A stretch of 63,701 nt of DNA, counting the filler, from Actinomycetota bacterium (GTDB taxonomy: Bacteria; Actinomycetota; CADDZG01; JAHWKV01; JAOPZY01), in assembly GCA_025963875.1 (NCBI GenBank). It is 7 parts of 7 records of this genome, joined end to end, with 100 filler letters (N's around TTAATTAATTAA, not from the genome) between each part and the next. Parts side by side here need not be neighbours in the genome. Positions count along the whole stretch, not along the records: positions 1 to 18,695 come from JAOPZY010000197.1; positions 18,796 to 25,707 come from JAOPZY010000208.1; 5 more parts are not named here. One strand, given 5' to 3'. Position 1 is the stretch's first letter, and the number at the start of each line of letters is the position of its first letter. The position numbers were made by a program, and so were the translations under genes. The notes under the pieces are model-generated. The model did not search any database and was not told the origin of the DNA. It was given only the letters and a program-made list of their open reading frames with translations. This document shows, piece by piece, positions 12,468 through 25,073 of this stretch.

Positions 12468-12773
12468 TCAGAAGCTGCTGGCCGGCTGCTCGTCCTCGTA
12501 GTGGTTCTTCGAGTTGCGGTCGGCGATGCGGTCCTTCATCCAGGGCAGCTTGCTGATCGTCGTGCGCTTGGCACTCCCCAGGCTGTCGCCCAGGGCCTCG
12601 CTCGCCTTGCGGCCAAGCTTCTGAGCGAGGCTCGAGGACGACACCTTCTGCCACAGCTGTGACGCCCGGCGGGCGTTGCGCTGCATCTGCAGGTAGCGTT
12701 CCTTGCCCGCCTTGGTGCCAAGGACGTACCCGATACCCAACCCCAGGGTCAGGCCGAGTCTGAATCGTCCCAT
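12468..12773 (-). CDS. Small actinobacterial membrane-anchored protein (YtxH-like)
   Basis: MGRFRLGLTLGLGIGYVLGTKAGKERY; GGAGG upstream. Confidence 0.75.
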   Translation of the reverse strand: MGRFRLGLTLGLGIGYVLGTKAGKERYLQMQRNARRASQLWQKVSSSSLAQKLGRKASEALGDSLGSAKRTTISKLPWMKDRIADRNSKNHYEDEQPASSF

Positions 12774-12869
12774 CCGCTCACCTCCCTTGTTGTGCTGGGT
12801 CGTCCCGAGTATTCCCCGGCGCCGCCTTCGGAACCGGCGGGATCCGATGCTATTCTCGTTTGTACACCT

Positions 12870-12942
12870 TCCGGGGTGGCGCAATTGGCAGCGCGGTTGA
12901 CTGTTAATCAATAGGTTCCGGGTTCGAGTCCCGGCCCCGGAG
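12870..12942 (+). tRNA. tRNA-Asn(GTT), CCA not encoded
   Basis: Acceptor TCCGGGG/CCCCGGA, anticodon arm GTTGA-CTGTTAA-TCAAT, T-loop GGTTCGAGTC. Confidence 0.95.
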
Positions 12943-12946
12943 CAAA

Positions 12947-13885
12947 CTACGCGAGAGCGTCCTCCAGCTGCGACAGGATCTTCCCCGGCCTGCGGACGAG
13001 GTCCTCCCAGGTCGCATAGATGATCAGCCAGCGGGTGAGGGCCAGGTCGTTGGCGCGGTCGATGTCGCTCTGGAACTTCCTCCGCCCCGAGTGGCACCAG
13101 AACCCCCGCGGCTCCAGGGCCACCCTCCTCTTCACCCAGGCGAAGTCAAGGCGGACGAGGCGGCCATTGACCTGGACCTCGTACTGCCGGACGGGCATCT
13201 CGATTCCCGCCTTCCGCAGCAGCCGTTCGATGAGCGTCTCGAACATCCCCTCGGTCGGCGCTGCGTCGGGATCCCGGAGGGCGAGGAGTTCCCCCAGCAT
13301 CCCGGCCCCCCGCCGCCCGTGGCCGCCGAGCACATCCAGGCGCTCCTTCATCCGGTCGAAGAGCTGCTCGTCCCGGCGGAGAGCCGACTCCATCGCCGCC
13401 TCGACGACGGCCGGGTCCGGAACCACGGCCCCGAGATCGATCAGGGTCCTCACCAGCCCCGTGACCTTGAGGGGGCCGAGCCACCCGGCGTCCGAAGGGG
13501 TGAGGATCTTCGTCCGGTGCAGCGTCAGCCCCCCGGGCACGTCGTTGCGGGAGCCCGTTGTGGTGAGCTCGACGATGTCTTTGGCATCGATGCCGTCGAG
13601 CTTCCAGAGCGCCGCCGCCGAGCGATGCGAGATGGCCGCCTCAGGGCCGGCCCAGAGGGAGGCCGCCATCAGCTTCTGCTCCCACGACACCGATGCGCCC
13701 CGCATCCGGTAGACACGTGGGTACACCCCCTGCCAGTCGCCCGAGTTCAAGCGGTGCTGGATGGCCCCGACCCCGAGTCCGGCTTCGAGAGCCTGCTGAC
13801 GGCTGAGCACGCCGAATTGCCGGGCAGTCAGGCGACCGAGCTGAGCTTCTTTGGGTGATGAGCGATGTATATCATCGTTATTCAC
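12947..13885 (-). CDS. AbiEi-family HTH / DUF559 (Vsr-like) nuclease-domain protein, copy 1
   Basis: [47 protein letters not shown]. Confidence 0.85.
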   Translation of the reverse strand: MNNDDIHRSSPKEAQLGRLTARQFGVLSRQQALEAGLGVGAIQHRLNSGDWQGVYPRVYRMRGASVSWEQKLMAASLWAGPEAAISHRSAAALWKLDGIDAKDIVELTTTGSRNDVPGGLTLHRTKILTPSDAGWLGPLKVTGLVRTLIDLGAVVPDPAVVEAAMESALRRDEQLFDRMKERLDVLGGHGRRGAGMLGELLALRDPDAAPTEGMFETLIERLLRKAGIEMPVRQYEVQVNGRLVRLDFAWVKRRVALEPRGFWCHSGRRKFQSDIDRANDLALTRWLIIYATWEDLVRRPGKILSQLEDALA

Positions 13886-13893
13886 CCAAAGAA
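13847..13893. repeat. Inverted repeat 12-23-12 over the start of DUF559 copy 1
   Basis: TTCTTTGGGTGA 13847-13858 / TCACCCAAAGAA 13882-13893. Confidence 0.9.
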
Positions 13894-13914
13894 CATTAGC
13901 GATGGGTGCCGACA
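13893..13914 (-). promoter_or_regulatory. RecA-NDp / PafBC-type promoter
   Basis: Minus strand TGTCGG-N10-TAATGT, 7 nt before the GTG start. Confidence 0.7.
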
Positions 13915-13928
13915 GAAGTCCGGGGGTT

Positions 13929-14504
13929 TCAGCAGGCCGGGAAAATTTCTGCGGCGGGCCACGCGGCCGGGTCGTCGCCCAGACGGACCAGTTCGGGCAC
14001 CTGGCTCCGGCACCACGGCGAGATGGGCAGCGAATCGCCGGCGGCCAGCGCCACCAGCTCGGGCCACGGGACCCAACGGGCCTCCGCGACCTCGTCGAGG
14101 TTCAGCCGCACGGTGGTTCCCTGCAGCGCGAAGGCCCGGAACACCGGGCACAGCTCGTTCTCGGCCGTGCCGTCCGCCATCACCGCCCGGTAACGGAACT
14201 GGGGAAGGATCGGGTCCAGCCGCCCGACGGCGATGCCGAGCTCGTCGCGCAGGCGCCGGCGGATCGCCCGGGTGAAGGGCTCGCCCGGACGGGGATGGCC
14301 GCAGCAGCTGTTGCTCCACACGCCTGGCCAGGTGCGCTTGGAAGAGGCCCGGCGGCTGATCAGCACCTCGCCCGCCCCGTTCAGGAGGTAGCAGGAGAAC
14401 GCCAGGTGCAGCGGAGTGTCGGCGCCGTGCACCGTCGCCTTGGCTGCGGTCCCGATCGCCGCCCCGGTCTCGTCGACGAGCACGACCTGCTCAACGGTGG
14501 CCAT
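13929..14504 (-). CDS. idi: Isopentenyl-diphosphate delta-isomerase type 1
   Basis: [29 protein letters not shown]. Confidence 0.95.
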   Translation of the reverse strand: MATVEQVVLVDETGAAIGTAAKATVHGADTPLHLAFSCYLLNGAGEVLISRRASSKRTWPGVWSNSCCGHPRPGEPFTRAIRRRLRDELGIAVGRLDPILPQFRYRAVMADGTAENELCPVFRAFALQGTTVRLNLDEVAEARWVPWPELVALAAGDSLPISPWCRSQVPELVRLGDDPAAWPAAEIFPAC

Positions 14505-14588
14505 CCCGGTTCGGGAGCATACCGGCACGGTCCTCTGCGTTACCATCACCGTATCCAACAGCGACCGAGCGAAAGACCAACTGTGACC

Positions 14589-16394
14589 ATGGCCGACACA
14601 GCTACGACGCTCACGACGAACAAGGCGCTCCTGGCGTGGGTGGAGGAGATTGCCGCCCTCACCACCCCGGATCGGGTGCACTGGTGCGACGGGTCCGCCG
14701 AGGAGTACGAAGCCCTCTGCCAGCTCCTCGTCGACGCCGGCACCTTCACCCGCCTCGCCGACGCCAAGCGTCCCAACAGCTACTGGGCGGCTTCGGACCC
14801 CGGTGACGTGGCGAGGGTCGAGGACCGGACCTTCATCTGCTCGAAGACCAGGGACGAGGCAGGCCCGACGAACAACTGGCGGGACCCCCACGAGATGCGG
14901 GAGACCCTGACCGGGCTGTTCGCCGGGTCGATGAAGGGCCGCACGATGTACGTCGTCCCCTTCTCGATGGGACCCCTCGGCTCGACGATCGCCCACATCG
15001 GTGTCGAGCTCACCGACTCGCCCTACGTCGCGGTCAGCATGCGGATCATGACCCGTATGGGCGCCAAGGCCCTCGAGGTACTCGGCCCCGAGGGTGAGTT
15101 CGTCCCCTGCCTCCACTCTGTGGGAGCCCCGCTCGAGCCGGGCCAGGCGGACTCGCCGTGGCCCTGCAACCCCGACAACAAGTACATCGTCCACTTCCCC
15201 GACTCCCGGGAGATCTGGTCGTACGGCTCGGGCTACGGCGGCAACGCCCTGCTCGGCAAGAAGTGCTTCGCCCTGCGGATCGCTTCCGTGATGGCCCGCG
15301 ACGACGGCTGGCTCGCCGAGCACATGCTCATCGTGAAAGTGACGTCGCCGGAGGGGAAGGTCGACTACGTGACCGGGGCCTTCCCGTCGGCCTGCGGCAA
15401 GACCAACCTGGCGATGCTCGTGCCCACCCTCCCCGGCTGGCAGGTGGAGTGCATCGGCGACGACATCTGCTGGATGAAGTTCGGCCCCGACGGTCGGCTC
15501 TACGCCATCAACCCCGAGGCGGGCTTCTTCGGCGTCGCCCCCGGCACGTCCGACGAGACCAACTACAACGCCATGCGGACGCTCGAGGAGAACTCCATCT
15601 ACACCAACACCGCGCTCACGGCCGATGGCGACGTCTGGTGGGAGGGCATGACGAAGGAACCCCCGGCCGGACTCACCAGCTGGCGCCGCCAGTCCTGGAC
15701 GCCCGGCACCGGCACCCCGGCCGCCCACCCGAACGCCCGCTTCACGGCCCCGGCGGCGCAGTGCCCGGTCATCGCTCCCGAGTGGGAGGACCCCAAGGGG
15801 GTGCCGGTCTCGGCGATCCTGTTCGGCGGGCGCCGGGCGAAGGTGGTGCCCCTCGTCACCGAGGCGCGGGACTGGACCCACGGCGTGTTCCTCGGCTCGA
15901 TCATGGCTTCGGAGACCACCGCGGCGGCGGCAGGGGCGGTGGGCAAGGTCCGCCGCGACCCGTTCGCCATGCTGCCGTTCTGCGGCTACCACATGGCCGA
16001 CTACCTCGCCCACTGGCTGGAGGTCGGCGCCGCCGCCGACGCCTCCAAGCTCCCGAAGATCTTCTTCGTCAACTGGTTCCGCAAGAGCCCCGAGGGCCGC
16101 TTCCTGTGGCCCGGCTACGGCGAGAACAGCCGGGTGATCGCCTGGGTCTGCGAGCGGGTCGCCGGCACGGCGGACGCCGCCGACACCCCGATCGGCTTCG
16201 TCCCGGCTCCTGGGGCCCTCGACCTCGACGGCCTCGACGTGGATCCCGGCGACCTCGCCACGCTGCTCTCGGTCGACCCCGCGGACTGGCGCAACGAGAT
16301 CAGCTCCATCGAGGGGCACTACGCGATGCTCGGGGACCGCCTGCCGGGCGTTCTCCGGGAGCAGCTCGAGGACCTGGAGCGACGCCTCGGCTAA
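14589..16394 (+). CDS. pckG: Phosphoenolpyruvate carboxykinase (GTP)
   Basis: [38 protein letters not shown]. Confidence 0.97.
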   Translation: MADTATTLTTNKALLAWVEEIAALTTPDRVHWCDGSAEEYEALCQLLVDAGTFTRLADAKRPNSYWAASDPGDVARVEDRTFICSKTRDEAGPTNNWRDPHEMRETLTGLFAGSMKGRTMYVVPFSMGPLGSTIAHIGVELTDSPYVAVSMRIMTRMGAKALEVLGPEGEFVPCLHSVGAPLEPGQADSPWPCNPDNKYIVHFPDSREIWSYGSGYGGNALLGKKCFALRIASVMARDDGWLAEHMLIVKVTSPEGKVDYVTGAFPSACGKTNLAMLVPTLPGWQVECIGDDICWMKFGPDGRLYAINPEAGFFGVAPGTSDETNYNAMRTLEENSIYTNTALTADGDVWWEGMTKEPPAGLTSWRRQSWTPGTGTPAAHPNARFTAPAAQCPVIAPEWEDPKGVPVSAILFGGRRAKVVPLVTEARDWTHGVFLGSIMASETTAAAAGAVGKVRRDPFAMLPFCGYHMADYLAHWLEVGAAADASKLPKIFFVNWFRKSPEGRFLWPGYGENSRVIAWVCERVAGTADAADTPIGFVPAPGALDLDGLDVDPGDLATLLSVDPADWRNEISSIEGHYAMLGDRLPGVLREQLEDLERRLG

Positions 16395-16422
16395 CGACCG
16401 GGTAGAGCTTCGCCCCGCGAGG

Positions 16423-17637
16423 TTGGGAGTTTTTCGGACCTACAGCAGCACATTTCCCCCTCGCCTCGGGGCCCTCGTCTTCGCCGTTGCGCTCGGCGCC
16501 TACGTCGTGGCCGCCGTGCACGACCCTCGGCACCTCTGGAACATGATCGACCTCCAGGTCTACCGGTGGGGTGGGGAGATGGCCCGGCACCACCGCAACG
16601 TGTACGACCTGCAGTTCGAGGGGTTCCTCTCCTTCACCTACACGCCGCTGGCGGTGCTCGCCTTCGAGCTCATGTCGCACCTCAGCCTGGGGGTGCTGCG
16701 CTTCGTGATGACCGGCGCCAGCATCGCGGCCCTCCTCGGTTCCCTCTGGGTGGCGTTCGGCCTGGCCGGCGTGTCCGAGCGCGGCATGCGGGCCGGCCTG
16801 ACGCTGGGGACCGCCGGCGTCGTCCTGGGGCTCGAGCCGGTGGCGCAGACCCTTGGTTTCGGTCAGATCAACCTCCTCCTCATGCTCCTCGTGCTGGTCG
16901 ACCTGTCCCAGCCCGACGGACGCAGGTGGAAGGGGGCCGGCGTCGGTCTTGCCGCCGCGATCAAGCTCACGCCTGCGATCTTCATCGGCTACCTCGTGCT
17001 CACCCGGCGGTTCCGCGCCGCCGCCGTCGCCTGCGGGACGTTTGCGGCCGCCGTCGCCCTGGGCTTCCTCGCCCTGCCGGCCCCCTCACGGCGCTTCTGG
17101 TTCGGCGGCCTGTTCCTCAACTCCGAGCGGGTCGGCGGTGTCGGCTATGCGGGTAACCAGTCGGTGAACGGCGCCCTCGTACGCCTCTTTGCCGGGGTGA
17201 ACCAGGCCCGGCCGGCGTGGTTCGTCGCGGCCGCCCTGATCGGGGGTGCCGGCCTCGTCCTTGCCGCTTGGGCCAGCCGCCGCGGCGAGGAGCTGCTCGG
17301 CATCGCCACGTGTGCGCTCACGGCGCTGCTCGTGTCGCCGATCTCGTGGTCGCACCACTGGGTGTGGGTGGTGCTCCTGGTCCCCTGCGGCGTTCGCCTC
17401 CTCCGGGGCCACCGCTCCAGGATGGGCTGGCTCGGCCTTGCCGGCCTGGTCGGCCTGTTTCTCGCTGGCCCGGTGCGGCTGATCTGGCAACCTCCCCACA
17501 CCGGGAACCTGGAGTACGGCTGGCATGGGCCGCAGCTCATCACCGGGAACCTTTACGTCGTCCTCGGCCTCCTCCTGCTGGGCATGGCTGCCGTGTACCT
17601 GACGCTCAGCCGGCCGCGGGACTCCGTTCACGTTTGA
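16423..17637 (+). CDS. GT87 (DUF2029) alpha-1,2-mannosyltransferase-like membrane protein
   Basis: IDLQVYR, FTYTP, FGQINL, AAAIKLTP, SPISWSHHWVW. Confidence 0.88.
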   Translation: MGVFRTYSSTFPPRLGALVFAVALGAYVVAAVHDPRHLWNMIDLQVYRWGGEMARHHRNVYDLQFEGFLSFTYTPLAVLAFELMSHLSLGVLRFVMTGASIAALLGSLWVAFGLAGVSERGMRAGLTLGTAGVVLGLEPVAQTLGFGQINLLLMLLVLVDLSQPDGRRWKGAGVGLAAAIKLTPAIFIGYLVLTRRFRAAAVACGTFAAAVALGFLALPAPSRRFWFGGLFLNSERVGGVGYAGNQSVNGALVRLFAGVNQARPAWFVAAALIGGAGLVLAAWASRRGEELLGIATCALTALLVSPISWSHHWVWVVLLVPCGVRLLRGHRSRMGWLGLAGLVGLFLAGPVRLIWQPPHTGNLEYGWHGPQLITGNLYVVLGLLLLGMAAVYLTLSRPRDSVHV

Positions 17638-17717
17638 GTCAGGAACGCGCCACATTTCCTTCATAGCCGTTTAGTAAAAAAGGTCTCCCTTATTCATTGG
17701 AAAGGAAGGGAGACGCC

Positions 17718-18521
17718 GTGAGGATCAGAAGGATTGTTGCGGGTGTCGTGGTGACGTTGAGCCTGTTCGCGGGAGCGGGCGGCGCGTCTGCCGCGACGCC
17801 GATTTCGAAGATCCTGCCCGACCAGCAGTTCGTCGGCCTGGTCAATGGCTACACGCAGAATGCGACAATCAAGATGGCCTGCTTCGGACCCGTTCGGCCC
17901 GACCAGCAAGGCCACCCCTTCGCGGGCCAGTGGGCCGAGGTCCTGAAGGCCGAGGTCATCAGGAACTTCGGATACACGGGGAGCCTTGGAACCAGCATCG
18001 TGGCCGACTTCCCAGGTACGGGCGTAACCCCCCAGCGCCTGACCTTCTCCTCCTACGGGGTCACGGAGACCATTCCCACCACGTGGTTCTTCCCCTGCTC
18101 CGGGCCCGGAACCGTCGTGTTCTCTCCGCAGCCGACGAGCCCGACCGCCAAGACCTTCGCCGTCACGGTGAACTTCGTGGGGCAGCCGGCGGCGGCGCAG
18201 GCGGCGAGCGCCGCGTGCACCGTCATCACCCAGGCCGACAGCGGCAAGACGTTCCTCATCAGCAAGCAGTCCTGCGATCTGCTGGAACTGACCGACACCG
18301 GCGGGATCCATTGGGACACGCCGACGGTCAGCGGCGATTCGATCCACCTCGAGCCGCTCCCGATCGCCTCTCGGGTCGCGGGTCAGTTCTGGAGGATCGT
18401 GCCGGACGACCTCGGCGATTCCACCATCACCGCACTCGGCCACCCCATCTGCCCAACCCCGGCGTGTCCCCAGTACGTCGTGCTGTTCCAGGTGAAGATC
18501 CGGGTGCTGCCCTCTCCCTAG
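17718..18521 (+). CDS. Secreted Cys-containing hypothetical protein
   Basis: Signal peptide ending ASA-A; purine-rich SD upstream of GTG 17718. Confidence 0.7.
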   Translation: MRIRRIVAGVVVTLSLFAGAGGASAATPISKILPDQQFVGLVNGYTQNATIKMACFGPVRPDQQGHPFAGQWAEVLKAEVIRNFGYTGSLGTSIVADFPGTGVTPQRLTFSSYGVTETIPTTWFFPCSGPGTVVFSPQPTSPTAKTFAVTVNFVGQPAAAQAASAACTVITQADSGKTFLISKQSCDLLELTDTGGIHWDTPTVSGDSIHLEPLPIASRVAGQFWRIVPDDLGDSTITALGHPICPTPACPQYVVLFQVKIRVLPSP

Positions 18522-18695
18522 AGGAGGGGGACCTCGATCGTCGCGGCACCGATGGAGCGGGCTAGCCGCAATACCCATAAGTTATAGTCTGCGAGAAGAG
18601 TTCTGATGGCTCCGAGGGTGCCTGTTGATCAATTCTCTGGCTGGTCAATGGCGATCTCCACCTCATCGATGCCGCTGGTGCTGGGCGAGTAGTTG

Positions 18696-18795
18696 NNNNN
18701 NNNNNNNNNNNNNNNNNNNNNNNNNNNNNNNNNNNNNNNTTAATTAATTAANNNNNNNNNNNNNNNNNNNNNNNNNNNNNNNNNNNNNNNNNNNN
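18696..18795. other. Artificial contig linker
   Basis: N-run with TTAATTAATTAA, 100 nt. Confidence 0.99.
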
Positions 18796-19960
18796 CGTCG
18801 TAGCGGAACTGGACGTGCCGGAAGGCCACCTCGCCACGGACGTCCTCGGGGGCGAGGGGGCGGGCATCGGGGGCGTCGGCGATCTCCACGGGGAGGTCCA
18901 TGTACTCGAAGATCCGCTCGAAGAGGGCCATGGAGGACTGGACGTCGGTGGAGATCGACAGCATCTGGCCGATGGGGAAGAACAGCCGGGCCTGCAGGGT
19001 GGTGAAGGCGACGATGAGGCCGGGGGTGAGACCGCTGTGCTGGAACAGGCCCGCGACCAGGTACACGATGAACGGCGTGATGGAGAAGAACGTCCCGACC
19101 ACGGCGAAGAAGTAGCGGCCGGTCATCCGCTGGCGCAGCTGGATGTCGGTGAAGCGCTGGTTCTCGTCGGTGAAGCGGGCGATCTCGTGGCGCTGGCGGC
19201 CGAACACCTTGGCGAGCAGGATGCCGGACACCGACAGGGTCTCCTCGGTGATCGCGGTCAGGTCGGCGAGGCTCTGCTGGGCCACGGACTGGAGCGCCCG
19301 GCGCGACTTGCCCACCCGATAGGTGAAGAAGACGAACAGCGGCACCAGGATCAACGACATGACGGTGAGCTTCCAGGACAGCACCCACATCGCCACGAAG
19401 CTGGAGGTGATGATCACCACGTTCGAGAGGATGCTGGAGGCGGTGTCCGTGACGATGCTCTGGACCCCGGCGACGTCGTTGGTGAGCCGTGACTGGATCT
19501 CGCCGGTGCGCGTCGACGTGAAGAACCGCATCGACAGGGACTGCAGGTGCGTGTACAGGCGGTCGCGCAGGTCGCGCATGAGCCGCAGCCCGAGCGAGTT
19601 GGAGAGAAAGGTCTGACCGACCCCGATGAGGCTCGTCACGACGGGGATGGCAAGCCCCAGGGCCACCAGGCGGTACAGCAGGGGCAGGTTGGGGCACGGG
19701 ACCCCCGAGCACATCTTGTTCGGCCCGAACAGGGCCTTGTCGAAGACCTGCTTGATGAGCAGCGGGTTGACCACCCCGAGGCCCGAGGTCACCACGATGG
19801 TCACGGCGAGTAGCGCCAGCTGCGCCTTATACGGCCGGAAGATGACGACGATCCGGCGGAGCGTCCCGCGGGCGTCCTTGGGCTTGGCCGCCTGGCCGTC
19901 CGGACCGGCGGGCGCGCGTGAGCGACCCATCATCTCGGGGAGCCGCTGCCTCGTCGCCAC
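18796..19960 (-). CDS. ABC exporter, fused permease/ATPase (3' truncated)
   Basis: Six-TM region, [34 protein letters not shown]. Confidence 0.9.
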
Positions 19961-19983
19961 GAATACAAAGGTACCCTGTGGCT

Positions 19984-21831
<1,848 letters not shown>

Positions 21832-21842
21832 GGGTTGATAAT

Positions 21843-21891
21843 CTTCTTTGTGTGAATACCTCTCATAATGGCATCTTTTCACACAAAGAAG
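21843..21891. repeat. Inverted repeat over the start of DUF559 copy 2
   Basis: CTTCTTTGTGTGAA 21843-21856 / TTCACACAAAGAAG 21878-21891. Confidence 0.9.
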
Positions 21892-22791
21892 CTCAGCTAG
21901 GGCGGCTGGCCAGCCGGCAGTTCGGCCTTCTGAGCCGTGACCAACTCCTCGAGGCCGGCGTGGGCCCGGCGGCGATCCAGTACCGGCTCGGTTCCGGCAC
22001 GCTCGTGCCGGTTCACCCCGGCGTCTACCGGTTGCAGGGCGCCCCGAGTTCGTGGGAACAGAGGCTCAAGGCCGCCCACTTGTGGGCCGGGCCGTCGTCA
22101 GCGGTCTCGCACCGCTCGGCGGCGGGGCTGTGGCGCCTCGACGGGGTCGATCCCGGGGGGCATCGTCGAGCTCACGACCACCTCCGGGCGCAGCGACGTC
22201 CCGCAGAGCATTGTGCTGCACCGCAGCAAGCTGCTCACCCCGGGCGATGCCGGGTGGCTGGGGACGCTCCGAGTGACCGGCGTGGCGAGGACCTTGATGG
22301 ACCTCGGCGCCGTGGTGGCGGACCCCGCGGTGGTCGAGGCCGCCGCAGAGTCAGCCTTCCGCCGGGACTCCGAGCTGTTCGCCCGGCTGAAGCGGCGCCT
22401 GGAGGACGAGTTCCGCCACGGCCGGCGGGGTTTCGGCACCCTGCGAGACATCGTCGACCTGCGGGACCCGGACGCCGCTCCGACGGAGGGGATGTTCGAG
22501 ACGCTCATGGAGCGCCGCCTCCGGCAATGGGGCTTCGAGATGCCGGTACGCCAGTACGAGGTCAAGGTCGGGGACCGGGTCATCCGCATCGATTTCGCCT
22601 GGGTGCGGCTCCTGCTGGGCCTTGAGCCCCGAGGCCTGAAGTGGCACTGGACCCGGGAGGCGTTCCAGAACGACACCGACCGGTCCAATGATCTGGCCCT
22701 TACACGGTGGAGGGTCGTCCTCGTGACCTGGTGGGACCTGCTCCACAACCCGAACAAGATCCGGGCCAACCTGCCAGAGCTCGAGCGCTGA
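21852..22791 (+). pseudogene. AbiEi/DUF559 protein, copy 2, with a +1 frameshift
   Basis: N-part in ORF 21852 and C-part in ORF 21937 both align with copy 1; the frame switches at the G6 run 22155-22160. Confidence 0.8.
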
Positions 22792-22804
22792 CCAGCCCCG
22801 CTGG

Positions 22805-24682
22805 TTAGCCGGGGAGTTGCGAGGCGAACTTCGCTGCCAGGGGCGCTGCCACCTTGCCGCCGACACCGCCGCCCTCCACCAGCACGGCGAAGGCCACGTT
22901 GCCCCGGAAGCCGACGAACCAGGCGTGGGTCCTCGGCGGGTTGGCGGTGCCGAACTCCGCGGTGCCGGTCTTGCCCGACACCGGCGTGCCCGCGACCTTG
23001 GCCAGCACGCCCGTGCCGGAGGGGTCCGACACGACCAGCCCCATCAGCGTCCGGAGCTTGGCTGCCACCCCGGCGTCGAGCTGGGTGACGGTGGCGGTGG
23101 CGCTTGCCCCGGTGATGAGGGTCGGCTGGTGCCAGGCCCCCGAGGCCACGCCCGCGGCGACCGACGCCATGTGCAGCGGGGTGGCGAGCACCTCTGCCTG
23201 ACCGATGGCGGCGCCGGCCTGGTCGGCCAGGTCTTTGGGGGCGGGAAAGCTCGACCCCTTGGAGGTCAGCGGCAACGGCTCGGGTGCGTTGAAGCCGAGG
23301 TTCTCCGCCGCCTTGGTGAGCTCGGATGCTTTGAGCGTCGCAGCGAGCTGCACGAAGGCGGTGTTGCAGGACTGCACAAATGCCTGCTGCAGGTTGAGCT
23401 GGGTGCCGCCCTCGCCTTCGATGTTGCGGAAGTGCTTCCCGTCTTCCACCTGGTCCGTGGGGCAGGAGATCGGCGTGGTGAGGTCGTCGCCCTTCAGGAG
23501 CAGCGCTTCGGTTGTGACGATCTTCATGGTGGACCCGGGGGGGTAGGTGCCCGCCAGCGCCCGGTCGAAGCCGTTGTTGAGCGGCCGGCTCACCACCGCC
23601 CGGATCTCACCGGAGGCGGCGTCGAGCGCAACGAGCGCCGCCGTCTGGTTGACGCCGGCGAAGGTGCTCTCCGCGGCGGTCTGGATCGCCGGGTCGAGGG
23701 TGGTGTTCACCGGCTGGGGCGGAGTGCCGTCGAAGTGGTCGAGGGTGGCGACCACGCTGCCGGCGTCGTCGACGAGCTGGATGTCGGCCGAGGGGATTCC
23801 GGCCAGCTGGCGCTCGAAGGCTCCCTCGAGACCTGAGAGGCCGACGACGGTGCCGGTGACGTACGGGGGCCCGAGCTGCGCCAGCCGCTCCGCGGTGACG
23901 GGGCCGGTCGTGCCGAGCACGTGGGTGGCGAAGCCGTCGCGCAGGGGGGCGCGGGCCTTCGTCCGCTGGACGAGGATGCCCGGCGTCTGGATGAAGGCCG
24001 GCGGCACGGCGGCGAACTGGTCCTGGCGCATCTGGGTCACCTGCAGGAACCACGAGGGCTTGGCCCCCGGCGTGTGCAGGACCCGGTTGACCGTGCTGGC
24101 ATCGACGCCCGCGTACTGCGCAAACGCGGCGACGACGGCGTTGGCGTCCTTGATCCGGTCGGGCTCGACCCCGACGCTGACCACGTCGCCCTGCCCCTGC
24201 AGCACCGTCCCGTCCCTCCCGAGAATTGCGGCCCGGTCGGCCCACGTCGTCACCCTGGCGAACTTCCTGCCCGCGCTGAGCTGGGGGTGCACGGTCGCCG
24301 CGGTCCACGAGACCTTCCAGCGCCGGGCCGGTTTCACCAGGTGGAGGGCGTCGGTGTAGCTCCACGTGCCCAGGCCCTTCAGGGCCACGTCGACCGAGAA
24401 GGGTTTCTGGGCGGTGGCCTCGGACACGACGAGGGCACCCGGCGTGAGGTGGACGCCGGAGATGGACAGGTCTTTGACCATCTGGGTGTGCACCGAGGTG
24501 AAGGTGGACGGTGGGGCATCGACGAGCACCCGCATGCCCTCCCAATCCTGCGCCTGCCACCGCTGAAGATACGCCGTTGCCACCTGCTGGGGCGTGTTGA
24601 GGGGGCGGGAGCGGAGGTACATGACAAGCCCCGCAACCGAGAGGGCCACGGCTGCCGCGAGCACGACCAGGAGCTTGCGCAT
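22805..24682 (-). CDS. Class B penicillin-binding transpeptidase with NTF2-like (MecA_N) domain
   Basis: N-terminal TM; STMK, SCN and KTGT catalytic motifs. Confidence 0.92.
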   Translation of the reverse strand: MRKLLVVLAAAVALSVAGLVMYLRSRPLNTPQQVATAYLQRWQAQDWEGMRVLVDAPPSTFTSVHTQMVKDLSISGVHLTPGALVVSEATAQKPFSVDVALKGLGTWSYTDALHLVKPARRWKVSWTAATVHPQLSAGRKFARVTTWADRAAILGRDGTVLQGQGDVVSVGVEPDRIKDANAVVAAFAQYAGVDASTVNRVLHTPGAKPSWFLQVTQMRQDQFAAVPPAFIQTPGILVQRTKARAPLRDGFATHVLGTTGPVTAERLAQLGPPYVTGTVVGLSGLEGAFERQLAGIPSADIQLVDDAGSVVATLDHFDGTPPQPVNTTLDPAIQTAAESTFAGVNQTAALVALDAASGEIRAVVSRPLNNGFDRALAGTYPPGSTMKIVTTEALLLKGDDLTTPISCPTDQVEDGKHFRNIEGEGGTQLNLQQAFVQSCNTAFVQLAATLKASELTKAAENLGFNAPEPLPLTSKGSSFPAPKDLADQAGAAIGQAEVLATPLHMASVAAGVASGAWHQPTLITGASATATVTQLDAGVAAKLRTLMGLVVSDPSGTGVLAKVAGTPVSGKTGTAEFGTANPPRTHAWFVGFRGNVAFAVLVEGGGVGGKVAAPLAAKFASQLPG

Positions 24683-25073
24683 TCGCTCCTTACGCTACAC
24701 CCGGGCCATGGCATTGAGGCGGAATCGGGATGGTTTTCCCATCACGCAGCGTGACGGAAGCAACACGCAGAGTCATAAATGGCCCCTCAGGCGTGTGGAG
24801 CCCGCGGACTAGGTACCCATGACCATCCGCAAGCTCCGAACGGGTCGCTGGGGACCACCCATCGAGGCGCGATGCCCGGCGTAAAGACACTGCCTATTAG
24901 CCATGTTCCTTGAGCTGATCACATCCGAAACATAAGGAAGACAGACACAGAACTTCGAGAGCGGAGGAAGCCCGATGAAAAACGAAACTGGTTCACACGA
25001 GGGCGTCCCCGCTCTCGCAGCCGAAGGAATCCGTCCCATCCGTCGCTTCACGACCCACCAGAAAGGCACTTCG

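Noticed and set aside
12947..13885. Complete type IV toxin-antitoxin (AbiE) system
   Set aside because: No AbiEii nucleotidyltransferase gene next to any copy
13851..14588. Apparent N-terminal extension of PEPCK (847-aa ORF)
   Set aside because: It overlaps idi on the opposite strand; PEPCK homology begins near 14589
18540..18695. Possible gene end on the minus strand at the contig edge
   Set aside because: Too short to assign
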